DNA from: Eledone cirrhosa
Taxonomy: Eukaryota
Direction: 5' to 3'
NCBI GenBank assembly: GCA_964016885.1
Contig: OZ024742.1
Location: 240,994,001-241,058,000 of the forward strand
DNA: 64,000 nucleotides
Part shown: one piece after another, positions 14,530-26,630 of the stretch
Numbering within the stretch: position 1 is the stretch's first letter
Layout: each line of letters opens with the position of its first letter
Notes under the pieces: model-generated
Told to the model about the DNA's origin: nothing
What the model saw: the letters and a program-made list of their open reading frames with translations, nothing else
The model's database searches: none
Position numbers and translations under genes: made by a program

Positions 14530-14740
14530 GGGTTTCCGATTTGGTCAACAATTTTGGGGGAGGGGAAAGTGGATTAAGTCACCCCCAGTGCGTTACTGGT
14601 ATATTATTTTATCGATCCCGTAAGAATAAAAGGCAAAGCTAACCTCGGTAGGATTTGAACTCAAAACGTAAAGGGACGTAACCATATGCCGCAAATCAAA
14701 TTTTCCGAGGTTCTGCCGATACTTCCAATCTACTGCCCTG
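14530..14740 (-). mobile_element. SINE copy
   Basis: Reverse complement of the 11409-11602 family. Confidence 0.8.
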
Positions 14741-16029
14741 AATAGAGATATATTATATTCTATTACTTGTCACAGTAGTCTTCTTAAATGTCTTGAGAAG
14801 AAATCCATTTTTTACTGTAGAAAAAATGGGATTTGTATTAATTTAGTTCATACCATTATATGATTCCATTATTTTACTTTCTATATGGTTAGTTTCTATG
14901 ACCCTTTTATGTTATGTTGAATCTAGATATCTGTCTGTGTACTTTTTCATCTATCCATTTATCTACATTCCCTTCTGCCTTCAATAATCTTTTTACCTGA
15001 TTTACTATTCCCATTTCGTTTAAAATGAAGAAATATATTACCATAGCAGATAGTCTTTTTCCCCCCTTTTTTAATATATTTAAGGGAAAGTCGTCTTCTT
15101 CTCCCATCGTCTGGTATGAACTTTTCAATTTTATTAAATTCCCCTTGAAGCTTCACGCACACATACACACGGACACCAGGCGTAAGCGTCTTCTTTTAAA
15201 GGCCAACCATACTCTTAAATTCTCTCTGTTCAGCAACTTCTTCTCGTTTCTCTAGTTATTATATTAAATCATTGTATATATTTTTTCAGTAGCAGTACTT
15301 CTGTAAACTACTCAGCGTAAAACTTCTTTAGATCTCCTTTAATGGTGAAATTATGAATTGTTCTGATTTAATTTCGTTTTAATATAATTTTTCCACAAAA
15401 CTTCCCTCGACCTATTTTACGGGGGAATATAGAATGAAATAAATGATTAAAAGCGATCGATAATCGTTCAATTATAGCTTCAGAAATACTTTAATTTAAA
15501 AGTTTGAAAACTGAGATCGCTCAAAAGCTAAGAGAGAGAAAACTTCACTTGATAAAAAAAACCCTCCCTCCAAAAACAAACAAACAAAACAAAACAAACC
15601 CCCAAAACTCACACACACAGAAAACAACAAAACAAAACAAAAACCCAAAAGAACAACAGCAACAACAAACAGGGTAGAGAATAGGAGAAAGTTATTGATA
15701 CACGATATTTTAATGAGTTTATAGCTAAAATCGTAAAAGTCTTCAGTGGCATTTTGTTTAAAATTAAGAATAGCCTATTTTATTTTGAGTGAGAATAATT
15801 TTTATGGGAATTGATTTAATTAATCTATTTAAGCTAGAATAATGTTTTCTTGTTTCATTGTCACTGCAGTGTAAGAACCAGTTTTAATAATTCCACTTAC
15901 GCAATTAACACCCTGAGAAAGGCATGAATGCTAGTACATTCGTTTGCAGCCTCAAAATGTCCAAATTATTTCACCAAGTATAAACTGTAGTAAAAGTATT
16001 GGACATCCATATTACATTTTTTTTAAAAT

Positions 16030-16230
16030 AATGGTTTCTGATTTAAACCCAAGGCTAACAATTTTGAGGGACGAGAAAGTGGATTACTAGCACTTTATTT
16101 TATGAACCACAAAAGGATGAAAGGCAAAGCTTACCACGGCGGGATGTGAACTCAGAACTTAAATGGACGTAACTATATGCAGCAAAGCATGTTCTCCGAC
16201 GCTCTACCGATATTGCCAATCCACCGCTCT
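16030..16230 (-). mobile_element. SINE copy
   Basis: Reverse complement of the same family, diverged. Confidence 0.75.
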
Positions 16231-16795
16231 TTACAATAATGCCTAGAGAAGTAGGATCGAAACCAGTAATTGTACATTAGGATAACTACGATTGTGATTT
16301 TTCCTTTATATGTAGAGCAACCAGCTAACTATTAGAAATAGTGTCATAATGCTTTGAAAATGTTGCTAATCAAACAACAGTGGTTTTGAGGCTAACGAGG
16401 TATATACAGAGGTTACGGTTAATAGATTATAAACCAACTGAACATTTTTTTGTTAAGTCAAAGAGGAAGGAAGCCTCTATATGATCGTGTGATCAGTTAG
16501 AAACAGCAGTCGAATCAACTTCAAATTATACCTTATCATCTGAAAAGAACGCAGAAGACATATACATTTCGGGTAATGTCGTCTTAAATACTTTATACCT
16601 GATATAAAGCCGGGATGATCAGGCCATGGAAACCTTTTATTAAAGGTGCGAAAAATCAAAGCTGATCTTAGCTTAGACAACAGCAAAAATAACATTTGGG
16701 TGTGAGTGAATTAACCTTATTGTATCTATTTGTATCTAATAATATATCTATATACATATGTATATTGAACTATTTGTTATGTGTGTGTGTGTGTA

Positions 16796-16964
<169 letters not shown>

Positions 16965-16977
16965 GTGTGTGCATGTT

Positions 16978-17300
16978 CGCGCGGTTAAACCACTGGGAGT
17001 GAATGACCCCTAGCCTTTGCCAGGGCATTCTTCTAGGAGAAGGCAACTGAGGAAACTGGGATAACTGCCACATAAAACCTGCGACTCAGTAGTTATCGAT
17101 TATGTTGATCTTTTCTTCTTTTCGGGTTATAGCTAGTGTCGCTCAGAGAGTGGGATTGGCTCAGTGCACAGTATTTCTTTACTTTAACAAAAATCTTCAC
17201 GCACAGACATTGCACGATAGAATTAATTGATAATTATTAATAATGGTATATAGTACAATGGCCATATTCGATAACGAAGGGGCAGCCAACATCATGTATG
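16978..17300 (+). mobile_element. ~320-bp dispersed non-autonomous retroposon-like repeat with (ATGT)n tail
   Basis: Second copy in reverse orientation at ~37455-37778. Contains ctaggagaaggcaact, reminiscent of RTE 5'UTRs. Confidence 0.6.
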
Positions 17301-17840
17301 TATCTATGTATGTTGTTCTGATTTTATAATTTCACAAGTGTTTGCCAATAGAGAGAGAGTCGGTTTCTAACATAGACACAAGACTCTCTCATTGGAATTT
17401 ACACAACATCAACTAGGTAGATATGTATGAATGCATGCATGTGTAGATATGGATGTTATTGTATGTGTGGATGTGTATATTTTGAGTTGTATGTGTACAT
17501 GTGTATATGCTTTGTATCTGTACATGTGTATATGCAGTTATTAGATGCAACATTTTTGGAATATTTTACATATTTTTACTGTTCAATTAATGGATTGTAC
17601 TTGTAGTTTCCTAACTAGTTGTGTTCTTTCTGTTCCTGTGAAGCCTAGCTTCTCAAGATTTCGCTAATCTTTGATATTATATTGGCATCTGCTGGGCAGC
17701 TAATTACCACTACTGTGCATGCCTTCTTTTCCCTGTCCCACAACATAATATCTTGTCTGTTATACCTGCATTTTATTGGGGGTTTTTACTGGAACATTCC
17801 ACCAGTATTCTTTCATATTATATATATGTATGTCTTCCTC

Positions 17841-17872
<32 letters not shown>

Positions 17873-18234
17873 TGTATGTATGTATGTATGTATGTATGTA
17901 TGTATGTATGTGTGCGTATGTATGTATGTATGCATGTATGTGTGTATATATGCGTGTGCGTGTCAGTATGTATACTATGATGATTATTAAAGAGATATAT
18001 TTTCTTCCCAACTATCTCGACAAATAAATAAAAAATAAAGTCTATGCGAATTAAAATTTTCATTAATATTGTTCGTGTATTATTGAATTATATATTGGGC
18101 ATAAAGCCAAGCTGGGGGTATTGGTGAGCGAATCAATTTAAGCTCATAATTGGAACAGCTGTATCATTTCAGGAGGAATTAAAAGTAATGTCGACCCTGA
18201 CAAGGTTTAAACTAACATTGTAAAGGGAGATTTG

Positions 18235-18410
18235 TGAAGGAACAAGATTAGATCCGGAGAAGTGCCGCAGTATGTAGCGCCCCAGATTAAAGGTTTTCTT
18301 CTTTCGACCGGGAAAAGGGTTATCCCGTCGGAGGCAAGCATCACCACGGTCGAGGCTGGTGGTTGTGATGAGAAACCTGCCGCATCAACGCTCCTGTTGG
18401 CAACATTCAA
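18235..18410 (-). pseudogene. Degenerate CRE-clade non-LTR retrotransposon fragment (restriction-like endonuclease region)
   Basis: RSVDAAGFSSQ../SLDRGD../DGITLFPVERRKPLIWGAT matches the CRE pattern L.RGDGKRPDG.T..P...GK.L.WD.T. Confidence 0.6.
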
Positions 18411-18561
18411 AACGGTATGTCGAGGGAACTTAACAGCACTGTGATTATAGCGATAAGAGAGCGGATATTGCTCACTGTCTTAGATCATGGTGTTGGTGAT
18501 ACTCTTTGAAAGGAGTCCATGTTATATGAATCTCCCTGAATGAATGATTTCTGAAGTCACA

Positions 18562-18688
<127 letters not shown>

Positions 18689-18697
18689 CATACATGT

Positions 18698-18767
<70 letters not shown>

Positions 18768-19179
18768 CTTTCTCTCTCCCCTCTACCTCTCTCACGGGTA
18801 TTTATAATATGCTGTTGCAGCCTTTTATTGAAGAATTTCCAAAAGTCAAATCGCTACCAAATTTTATTTCCCAGATAATGGAGTTGTTGTGCCCCCAAAT
18901 ATGCTTCCATATTTCAAAATATGGATATATCATTCACCTCTTTCCCTTCACACGTGTTCCTGCACACGGTTTGAATAGACGAAAATGGGATGCATTTACT
19001 GATAGATTTTGTTTGGCAAACAGTCATATCTCGATGTATTTTTGACTAATTATATTTTGATGTTCTCAAATATTATTGTTTAAATATAACCATGCTGCAA
19101 TTCTTTAACAATCGTTTGAAAATTCGAAACCGTTAAAATCAGATTGGTGATTTAAGCAACGTCTAATAAAATATACAAA

Positions 19180-19233
19180 CTACTCTTTATGTATTGAGTA
19201 CTTTTCTCTAATTGTAAACACAAACGTTCACCA

Positions 19234-19276
<43 letters not shown>

Positions 19277-19920
19277 TGTTTGTATGTGGGTGTGTTGGTG
19301 TTGTCAATTGGTGAACGTTTGTGTTTACAATTAGAGAAAAGTACTCAATACATACATATATATATATATATATGTATATATATAGTATATTTGGCAATAT
19401 ACTGTATGCTTAATTAAAAACATTTTGAAGACCTTGCGCTATTATTTTAAAGTAGTGACAAAGTCACTTACTTCTTTTTTTCAACAAACAAAGGGAGATA
19501 AGCTGACAGATCTGTTTCATACTGTTGGTAATCATCAGATCTTAGCACTCGCCGATGCCTGTTGAAAATTATAGATGCTGGATTTTTATAGAATTCCAGT
19601 AATAATCAGAAATTGATTATACAGAGCGATTGCCGGTCCAGCAAAAATTGAAAATTAAAATTGGTGCTCTGAAATAGCGATGTATACATGAATATATATA
19701 TGGTGTATTTGGCAATATACTGTATAATGTTTTTAATTAAGCATACAGTATATTGACAAATATACTATATATATATTCATGTATACATCGCTATTTCAGA
19801 GCACCAATTCTAATTTTCAATTTTTGCTGGACCGGCAATCGCTCTGTATAATCAGTCCCTGATTATTACTGGAATTCTATCAGAATCCAACATCTATAAG
19901 TTTCAACAGGCACCGGCGAG
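19180..19920. repeat. Cluster of nested inverted duplications of pLTR-like repeats
   Basis: 19188-19236 mirrors 19307-19355, and ~19548-19697 mirrors ~19772-19920. The same family appears at 1-146. Confidence 0.75.
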
Positions 19921-19959
19921 TGATGAATACCAACAGAGAGAGAGAGAGAGGGGGAGAGA

Positions 19960-20025
<66 letters not shown>

Positions 20026-20140
20026 ACCACAATATCAACAGAAGCCATATAATAAATATATAAGCCAATCTATAAATACCATAAGACTTTCCTGGTGGTT
20101 TAATATAAATGAAACCGTTCTAGTTCTTTATAAGTCATTT

Positions 20141-20165
20141 CTATCTATCTATCTATCTATCTATG

Positions 20166-20240
<75 letters not shown>
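20141..20240. repeat. (TCTA)n microsatellite, 5' flank of the LINE stack
   Basis: About 25 TCTA units. Confidence 0.95.
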
Positions 20241-20473
20241 TAAATCTAGCTGTCGTCTGTTCGATAGCGTAGACGCAATTCACTTCGCGCAGAAGTTTTG
20301 TTCCAATTTATTGCGGAAATTTTGTAAGTTTAATTTTAATTTTGATACTATTGTGTAGCTTGACCCCCCGTCTGAACTGTCAGGCGGTGGGTCAGCTCAT
20401 TTTCGCCCCTCCCAGGGGTGAAAAACCTATTTTAAAAAATTTTGTTGCATAAAATTTCAATCGTCTGGCAGAA

Positions 20474-22378
20474 ATGTTAAACGAAGCTAACGAAAATAGT
20501 GGTGGGGGGACAGCGGTAAGAGTTGTAAGCTCGCACGCTTTAGTCCCCCCTTCCTTCCCAACTAACGTCATAGAGAAGGAAAGAAAAAATAAAATAAAAA
20601 CAGACGAATGTGCGGAGAAAAATGACGAAAACACAAATCTGGAGATTGATTCCAACAACAAAAAAAATTTGAAAGAATTGCATGACAATGTTAATACCAC
20701 AAACAAAGAAACAACAAACACAAAAATAACATTTGAAAACAACATCATAACAGAAAGCAAAACAGACGACAAAGTCAACACCAATAATATCTCATTTGCA
20801 CAAACAACAAAAACATCTTTAACATATATACCTGAAAATATTTCAGATGTGGCACAAAGAATAAAAAAACGCCAAACAATTCATAACTCAAGGGGAAAAT
20901 GGAACCTTATCGGTAAAAATGCCCCAAGAACTCACCAAAGATATTGAAAGTCGGACGGTCGTTTTCCGCACCATCAACAGCATCTAAAAAAAACCTCAAC
21001 AACCAACACAAGCAGAAATTAAAGCAGTACTTAGAGAAGTACTTAATGAAGCCACTTTCATAAGAAGAGACAGGCTGTATGGAAGCCTAGCCATTATTAT
21101 GAAGAACGAATCAGCGGCAAAAAAATATGCTTTGTCGCCGATTCGTTCGACGAATTTTACCTTTTATCCATCTTATATGGGTAAAAGAACTCAACGCATA
21201 TGGCTGGATGCGATGATGCCAGGTATGGACTACTGCTGGCTCATAGCTGGCTTCATCGATCCAGCGAATGACAACGTGATTTCCATTGGGAAAACCACAG
21301 GCAATGCGTTCAGTGGAACAGGTATAGAACTTGTAGTGCAAATGAAGCCTGAACGCATTGCCCAAATACCCGACAGAATCCTATTAGAGGGCCACGGGTA
21401 TATAAACATTAGCGTGGAGGTGAGAAGGCCGTCCTGTCATATCTGTGCAGGCAGAGGGCACCTGAAGGCGGCTTGTCCCCAACTCAACAAGAAGAAAACC
21501 CTGCTACCAACACCAGCTCCACCACCACCACAACAGATAAACAAACAACAAAACTCAGTCCCACCAAACCCGTCCCTCAGTAAAACTACACCACCACCAC
21601 AACATAAACAGTCACAACACATTACCCCAAAACAAAACACAGTCCCACCCAACTCCTCACTCAATAAAACAACACAACCACCGCAGCCACAACACACAAC
21701 ACAGTCTAACATAGTGACATCCATCTCCCCCACAAAGAAAACCAACACGGAAACATTACCAGCAAACATACCTCTTCCCTCCAACACTGAAGATAACCCA
21801 ACGAATTCGGAGGAAGAAACGGCGTCCTTCAGACAGATTAAAAGGAAAAAAAGAAAACATGTGCAAAACACACAAGGCCAAACAGCCCCTACCCAAATGT
21901 CAACACAATCCAACAAAACACAAAACACCCCTCCAGCAACAAACAAAACCAAACCTGCCCCTCCCCTCTTCGAAACACTCACACCATCCGAAAAAAAGAC
22001 ATTACACTATACTTACATCAACAGAAACAATAATAAATTAAATGAACTCATAAACAATAATCCTTCGGTACAAACCGAAGGGGTAAACTTTGTTTTTTCA
22101 GAAAACTACCCACATTTAAAATTAATAAAGATCCCAATGAACCTCTACCAAAAACTAAAAAAGGATTTTAAGGAGGACGTAGGACCACCCTCTGTCACCC
22201 ATAAACCGCGTCCTCCTAAAAAGCTTTCCCCCTCCTCTTCCCCTCCCCCAACACAACTCCAAACACCCCAACCCCACCACACACTGACGACCCCATACCA
22301 CCACAAGACACCCCTTCACCCAACACCCCCGACCCCATGGAAGTCGTGCGACCCGAACCCCGGGAAGTAGAAAGGTAG
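20474..22378 (+). pseudogene. ORF1 (gag-like) of copy A, frameshifted
   Basis: CHICAGRGHLKAAC zinc knuckle, Pro/Thr/Gln-rich linker, RQIKRKKRKH. Homologous to intact ORF1 at 61655-63490. Broken near 20940-21000 and ~22210. Confidence 0.85.
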
Positions 22379-22411
22379 GTCTCTACACTCTCCTTTGGCT
22401 TTGCCGCCCAC

Positions 22412-25400
22412 ATAGATGTGTTAAGAGTAGGATGTTTGAATGCACGTGGCCTGGGCTCAACTTGGAAGCAAGCAAAGCTTCTAAATGACCTCAGGTCACG
22501 TGGTATAAATGTAATGGTTATCTGTGAGACTCGGATCAGCGTCGTGCGGCAGCTGGCCCCTACCTTCGATGACTTTGAGGTGCATGCATCTCTCTGTCAA
22601 CCTGGAGGTGGGGGTAGGGTTGTCGTACTGCTGGAAAAACACCTGGGTCTCGCCGTACAGGTTATTCACTCGGACCCGGAAGGTCGTTTGTTGGTGCTAG
22701 ACGTTGGCAGTAGTAGAGGTGCGGCCTTGAGACTGGTCGCCGTCTACTCCCCTTTCGGAGCAGAACGACCCGACTTCTTCCAGCTTCTGGAGACTTTTCT
22801 GGGAACGTCGCGTTTCCTGCTTCTAGTGGGGGATTGGAATGACATCCTAGATGCACGTTGGAACTATGCAGGAGCATGTCCTAATAGAGGGGGGGGGGGG
22901 TGTAACAGCCTCAAGAGGTTACTCGACCGTTTTAACTTGGTCGATAGATATCGACTAGATTTTCCAACTGTGCCAACCTGGACTTGGACGAACCACAGTG
23001 GTCAATCTAGATCGTACTTAGATAGATTCTTAGTTCGAAGTAAGGATAGGGACATATTAAGCTGTCCAGAAATGCTCACCGTTGGCTATACAGATCACAA
23101 ATTAGTGACCTGCGTAGTCAATCTCGAGAAAACACATAGACAGGGTCCCGGTTACTGGAAACTTAATTTGTCTTTACCGGCAAAAGAGGCTTACAGAAAC
23201 CGGATTAGCAGATTAGTTAAAGAGAGGTTGACGGGTGCAATCGTCAACAACCGATGGTGGGCATCTCTCAAAAGAGAGATTAGAACAGAATCAATAAGTT
23301 ATAGCAAGATGTTAGCTGCCGATAGGAATAGGAACGAGAAAGAATTAACAGGTAAATTAGAAGAGGCAATCAAGAGCGAAGATGTGGCCAGAGTGCTGGC
23401 ATCGAGGATGGCCTTGAGCCAGTTTTTCGATGCAAAGCACGAAGGTTGCGTCATTCGAAGTAAAATACGTGCTCTAGGTAATGAGGAGGCCAAAGCCGTT
23501 GGCTGGGCCCGCCTGACAGAAGCTAAGAGTGGATATCGATCCACCATCCGGTCTTTGCAAGACGAGGATGGACGGGTGATCCGGGAGCCTAAGCAGATGT
23601 GCGAGGCCTTTCAAAGGCACTTTGCCTGATTGTTCGGGGGAGGCGAGGGTCCGGGCGGGGACGTGGATTTCGGTCCATACCTCGACGGCCTGCCGCGTCT
23701 CTCGAGCGAAGAGGCAGAGTCCTGCGAGGGACCAATCTCGGCTGATGAAATCGGGGATGCGCTGAGCCAATGCAGCAGACGCAAATCTCCAGGTCTCGAT
23801 GGTATACCTTACGAAATTTATTTAGCAATGCCGGTCTTCTTCTCCGAACTCCTCGAAGCGGTCTACTGCAATTGGCAGCAGAACGGGAGAATTCCTTGTT
23901 CTGTAGCCAAGGGCGTAGTCTCGCTGGTGAGGTAGGACGAGAACAAGGGGGATAGTATAAATAATTTTCGGCCCATAACTCTGCTAAACACAGAGTTAAA
24001 GATTTTGGCCAAGGTGTTAGCAAAGAGGTTGGCGCTTGTAGGTGGGTGGCCTGTTGGGAGATGCGCAGGTCCATTCACGACAACCTCCACCTCATGCGAT
24101 ACATCATAGAGAGGGTTGGCAACAAACTCGGCTTCGGTGGGGCCCTGATCAACTTGGATCAGTCTAAGGCGTTCGATAGGGTCGACCATGGTGCTAGCGG
24201 CGGCTGGGTTCGGTCCTGTTTTCAGAGGCTGGATCACTGCCTTACATAGCAACCACATCTGTTCTAGGATCAAGGTGAACGGCTACCTTTCGAAGCCGTT
24301 CGAAATCACACGATCCATTCGACAGGGGTGCCCTCTCTCCTCCCTACTGTACGTATTGACTCTCGAGCCTTTACTGAGGAAGTTGGAGTTGTTGCACGGT
24401 ATCCCCCTGGAACCAGGATTGAGCAAAGCGGTGTCGGCCTACGCCGATGACGTAAAAGTAATGGTATCGACCGACTCGGAGATCGAGGCGATCGGTACCT
24501 TACTGGAGGAATACGAAAGGTTGTCAGAAGTGAAACTGAACCGGGAAAAATCCATCGGGCTGCAACTCGGAACGTGGAGAGGCAGACCGATGCCTCCCGA
24601 CGGTGTCGTCCGACTCTGGACGGAGGGCCCGGTGAAGTTGCTTGGGGTCTGGTTTGGACCGGACTTCCAGGTGGAAAAGAACTGGGGCGAGGTTACGAAC
24701 AAGGTGTTTGCACTAACCCAGAAATGGGCCAAGTGTAAGCTGTCCCTAAAAGGTCGGGCGGAGGTGGCGAACATTTACATAGCGTCCGTCACCTACTACC
24801 GCCTGACTGTCGTGCCTTGCCCTAAGGAAACACTCACCACCATGGAACGCATGCTCTTTCAATTTCTTTGGAAGAAGCGCCCTCCTATGGTGAGAAGATC
24901 CATCTGCTGCCAACAACCTTCGAAAGGAGGGCTGGGGATGCCGTGGGTGATGATGCGTAGGCACGCATTAAGGCTACGGCACCTACAGGTATTCCTCACT
25001 GGTCAACCGGTGTGGGCTCCGTTCGTGAAACGAGCCTTTCCGAGACTCGTCTCGCTCACCGAGCTGCAGTCCTGGGTCAAGCAAAGATCCGGAAAACTGG
25101 GCGACTGGCACACTGAGTGTGCCCAGGCGCTCAGGGCTCTCTGGCAAGCGGACCCGGCCATCGGTGGAGAATCCACCTCGTCATTCTATAGAGGGCTGGT
25201 GGCTAGCAGGGGCGATGACACCCTTGAAGAGTCGCTGGACATGGAGGAGGACGAACTGCCCAGCCTGTTCGGTAGGACTTTCGGCCCGGGACCAATGGAC
25301 AACTTCCAGAAGTCACTGGCCTGGCAGTGCTACCGGGAGGCTCTACCCGTTCGAGAAAAGCTCTACAGACACGGGCGCCCGGGCAGGGATCCCTCGAAAA

Positions 25401-25822
25401 AGATTTGCCCTAGATGCGTGCGTCACGAAGAAACCGTTGCGCACGCATTGGTGCACTGTCCGGGCGTGGCTGATCTGCGTGGCTACGCCGAACCACTGTT
25501 GTCGCGGGTGGCGCCGATTCGATTGACCGCCGAGTCCGAGATGACAATCAAACCGCCTCCCCTCTTCACAAAGGAAGCAAAGGCGGTTTTTCTGTGCGTA
25601 ATAGCCATGTTGAAAGAGGTTGTTTGGTGGACACGATTGAAAGGTCTGAGGTCAGGCAACTTCCTCTCTGGCCATAGTCTGGTCTATTTCTTCCGATATT
25701 ACTTCGGAAGAAGGATAAGAATGGAGAGAGAGGTGCTTGGCCACAGGCAGTTTTATGAAAGGTGGGTGATAGTGGCGAGAATGGCTCGTATAAATGAGCC
25801 TTCTCTGTATACCATCCTGTAG
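22412..25822 (+). pseudogene. ORF2 of copy A (APE endonuclease, RT, C-terminal CCHC), with stops and frameshifts
   Basis: CLNARG, GDWN, SYLDRF, TDH, SPGLDG, DQSKAFD, RQGCPLS, YADD, CPRC..EETVAHALVHC. Stops at 23627 and 23933, frameshifts at ~24050-24190. Confidence 0.92.
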
Positions 25823-26039
25823 GTAAAGAAGTGAAGGAGAGGGGAGCACCTTCTCCATGTGCTCCCTGGGCAAAGGATTGCACACTTTTTCGGGTGTGTG
25901 TGCAACCCCCATCACGTCCCCTCCCTTTTGAGGTTGTTTTTGATTATTTTCATTTTATACCCTTTTTACTCGGTTTTATGTAAACTCCCCCTTTGTATTT
26001 GTCCCTTCTTTTTATACCTTTATGGTAAATAAAGAAATA

Positions 26040-26126
<87 letters not shown>

Positions 26127-26144
26127 CTATATATCTATCTATCT

Positions 26145-26597
26145 ATGGCGAAAGAGGTTGTATGGTGGACAAGTTTGAAAGGGCTGAGGTCAGACACCTT
26201 TCTCTCCGGCCAACAACTGATTCTTTTTTTCAAATACCACTTTGGAAGAAGAATCAGGATGGAGAGAGAGGTGCTGTACCCCAGCAAGTTTTATGAAAGG
26301 TGGGTGAAAGTGGCGAGAATGGCCCGAGTGAATGGGCCTTCTCTCTATATCAGCCTGTAGGTTGAGGGAAAGGAGGAGGAGAGGAAAGGAGTACAAACTC
26401 TTCGTACTCCTGGAGATGAGGGTTGCACATTTTTTCGGGGGTATGTGTTACCCATATGAACTGCCTCCCCCTATTGGGGAAAATCGACTAATTTTTTAAA
26501 TTGCATTTGTGATATTTTACACGTTTTTATTGTATGTAACCCCCCCCCCTTTGTATTTGCCCCCTTCTTTTGTGCCCCTGTGGCTAATAAAGGAATA
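26145..26597 (+). mobile_element. Tx1-clade LINE copy B, 5'-truncated (~450 bp)
   Basis: ORF2 C-terminus MAKEVVWWT...GPSLYISL* plus 3'UTR and AATAAA, between (TCTA)n tracts. Confidence 0.9.
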
Positions 26598-26630
26598 TAT
26601 CTATCTATCTACCTATCTATCTATCTATCT

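Larger units (their letters stand above)
20241..26038 (+). mobile_element. Tx1-clade LINE copy A, full length, decayed
   Basis: 5'UTR, ORF1 with CCHC knuckle, ORF2 APE-RT-CCHC, 3'UTR with AATAAA at 26028-26033, (TCTA)n on both sides. Confidence 0.92.
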
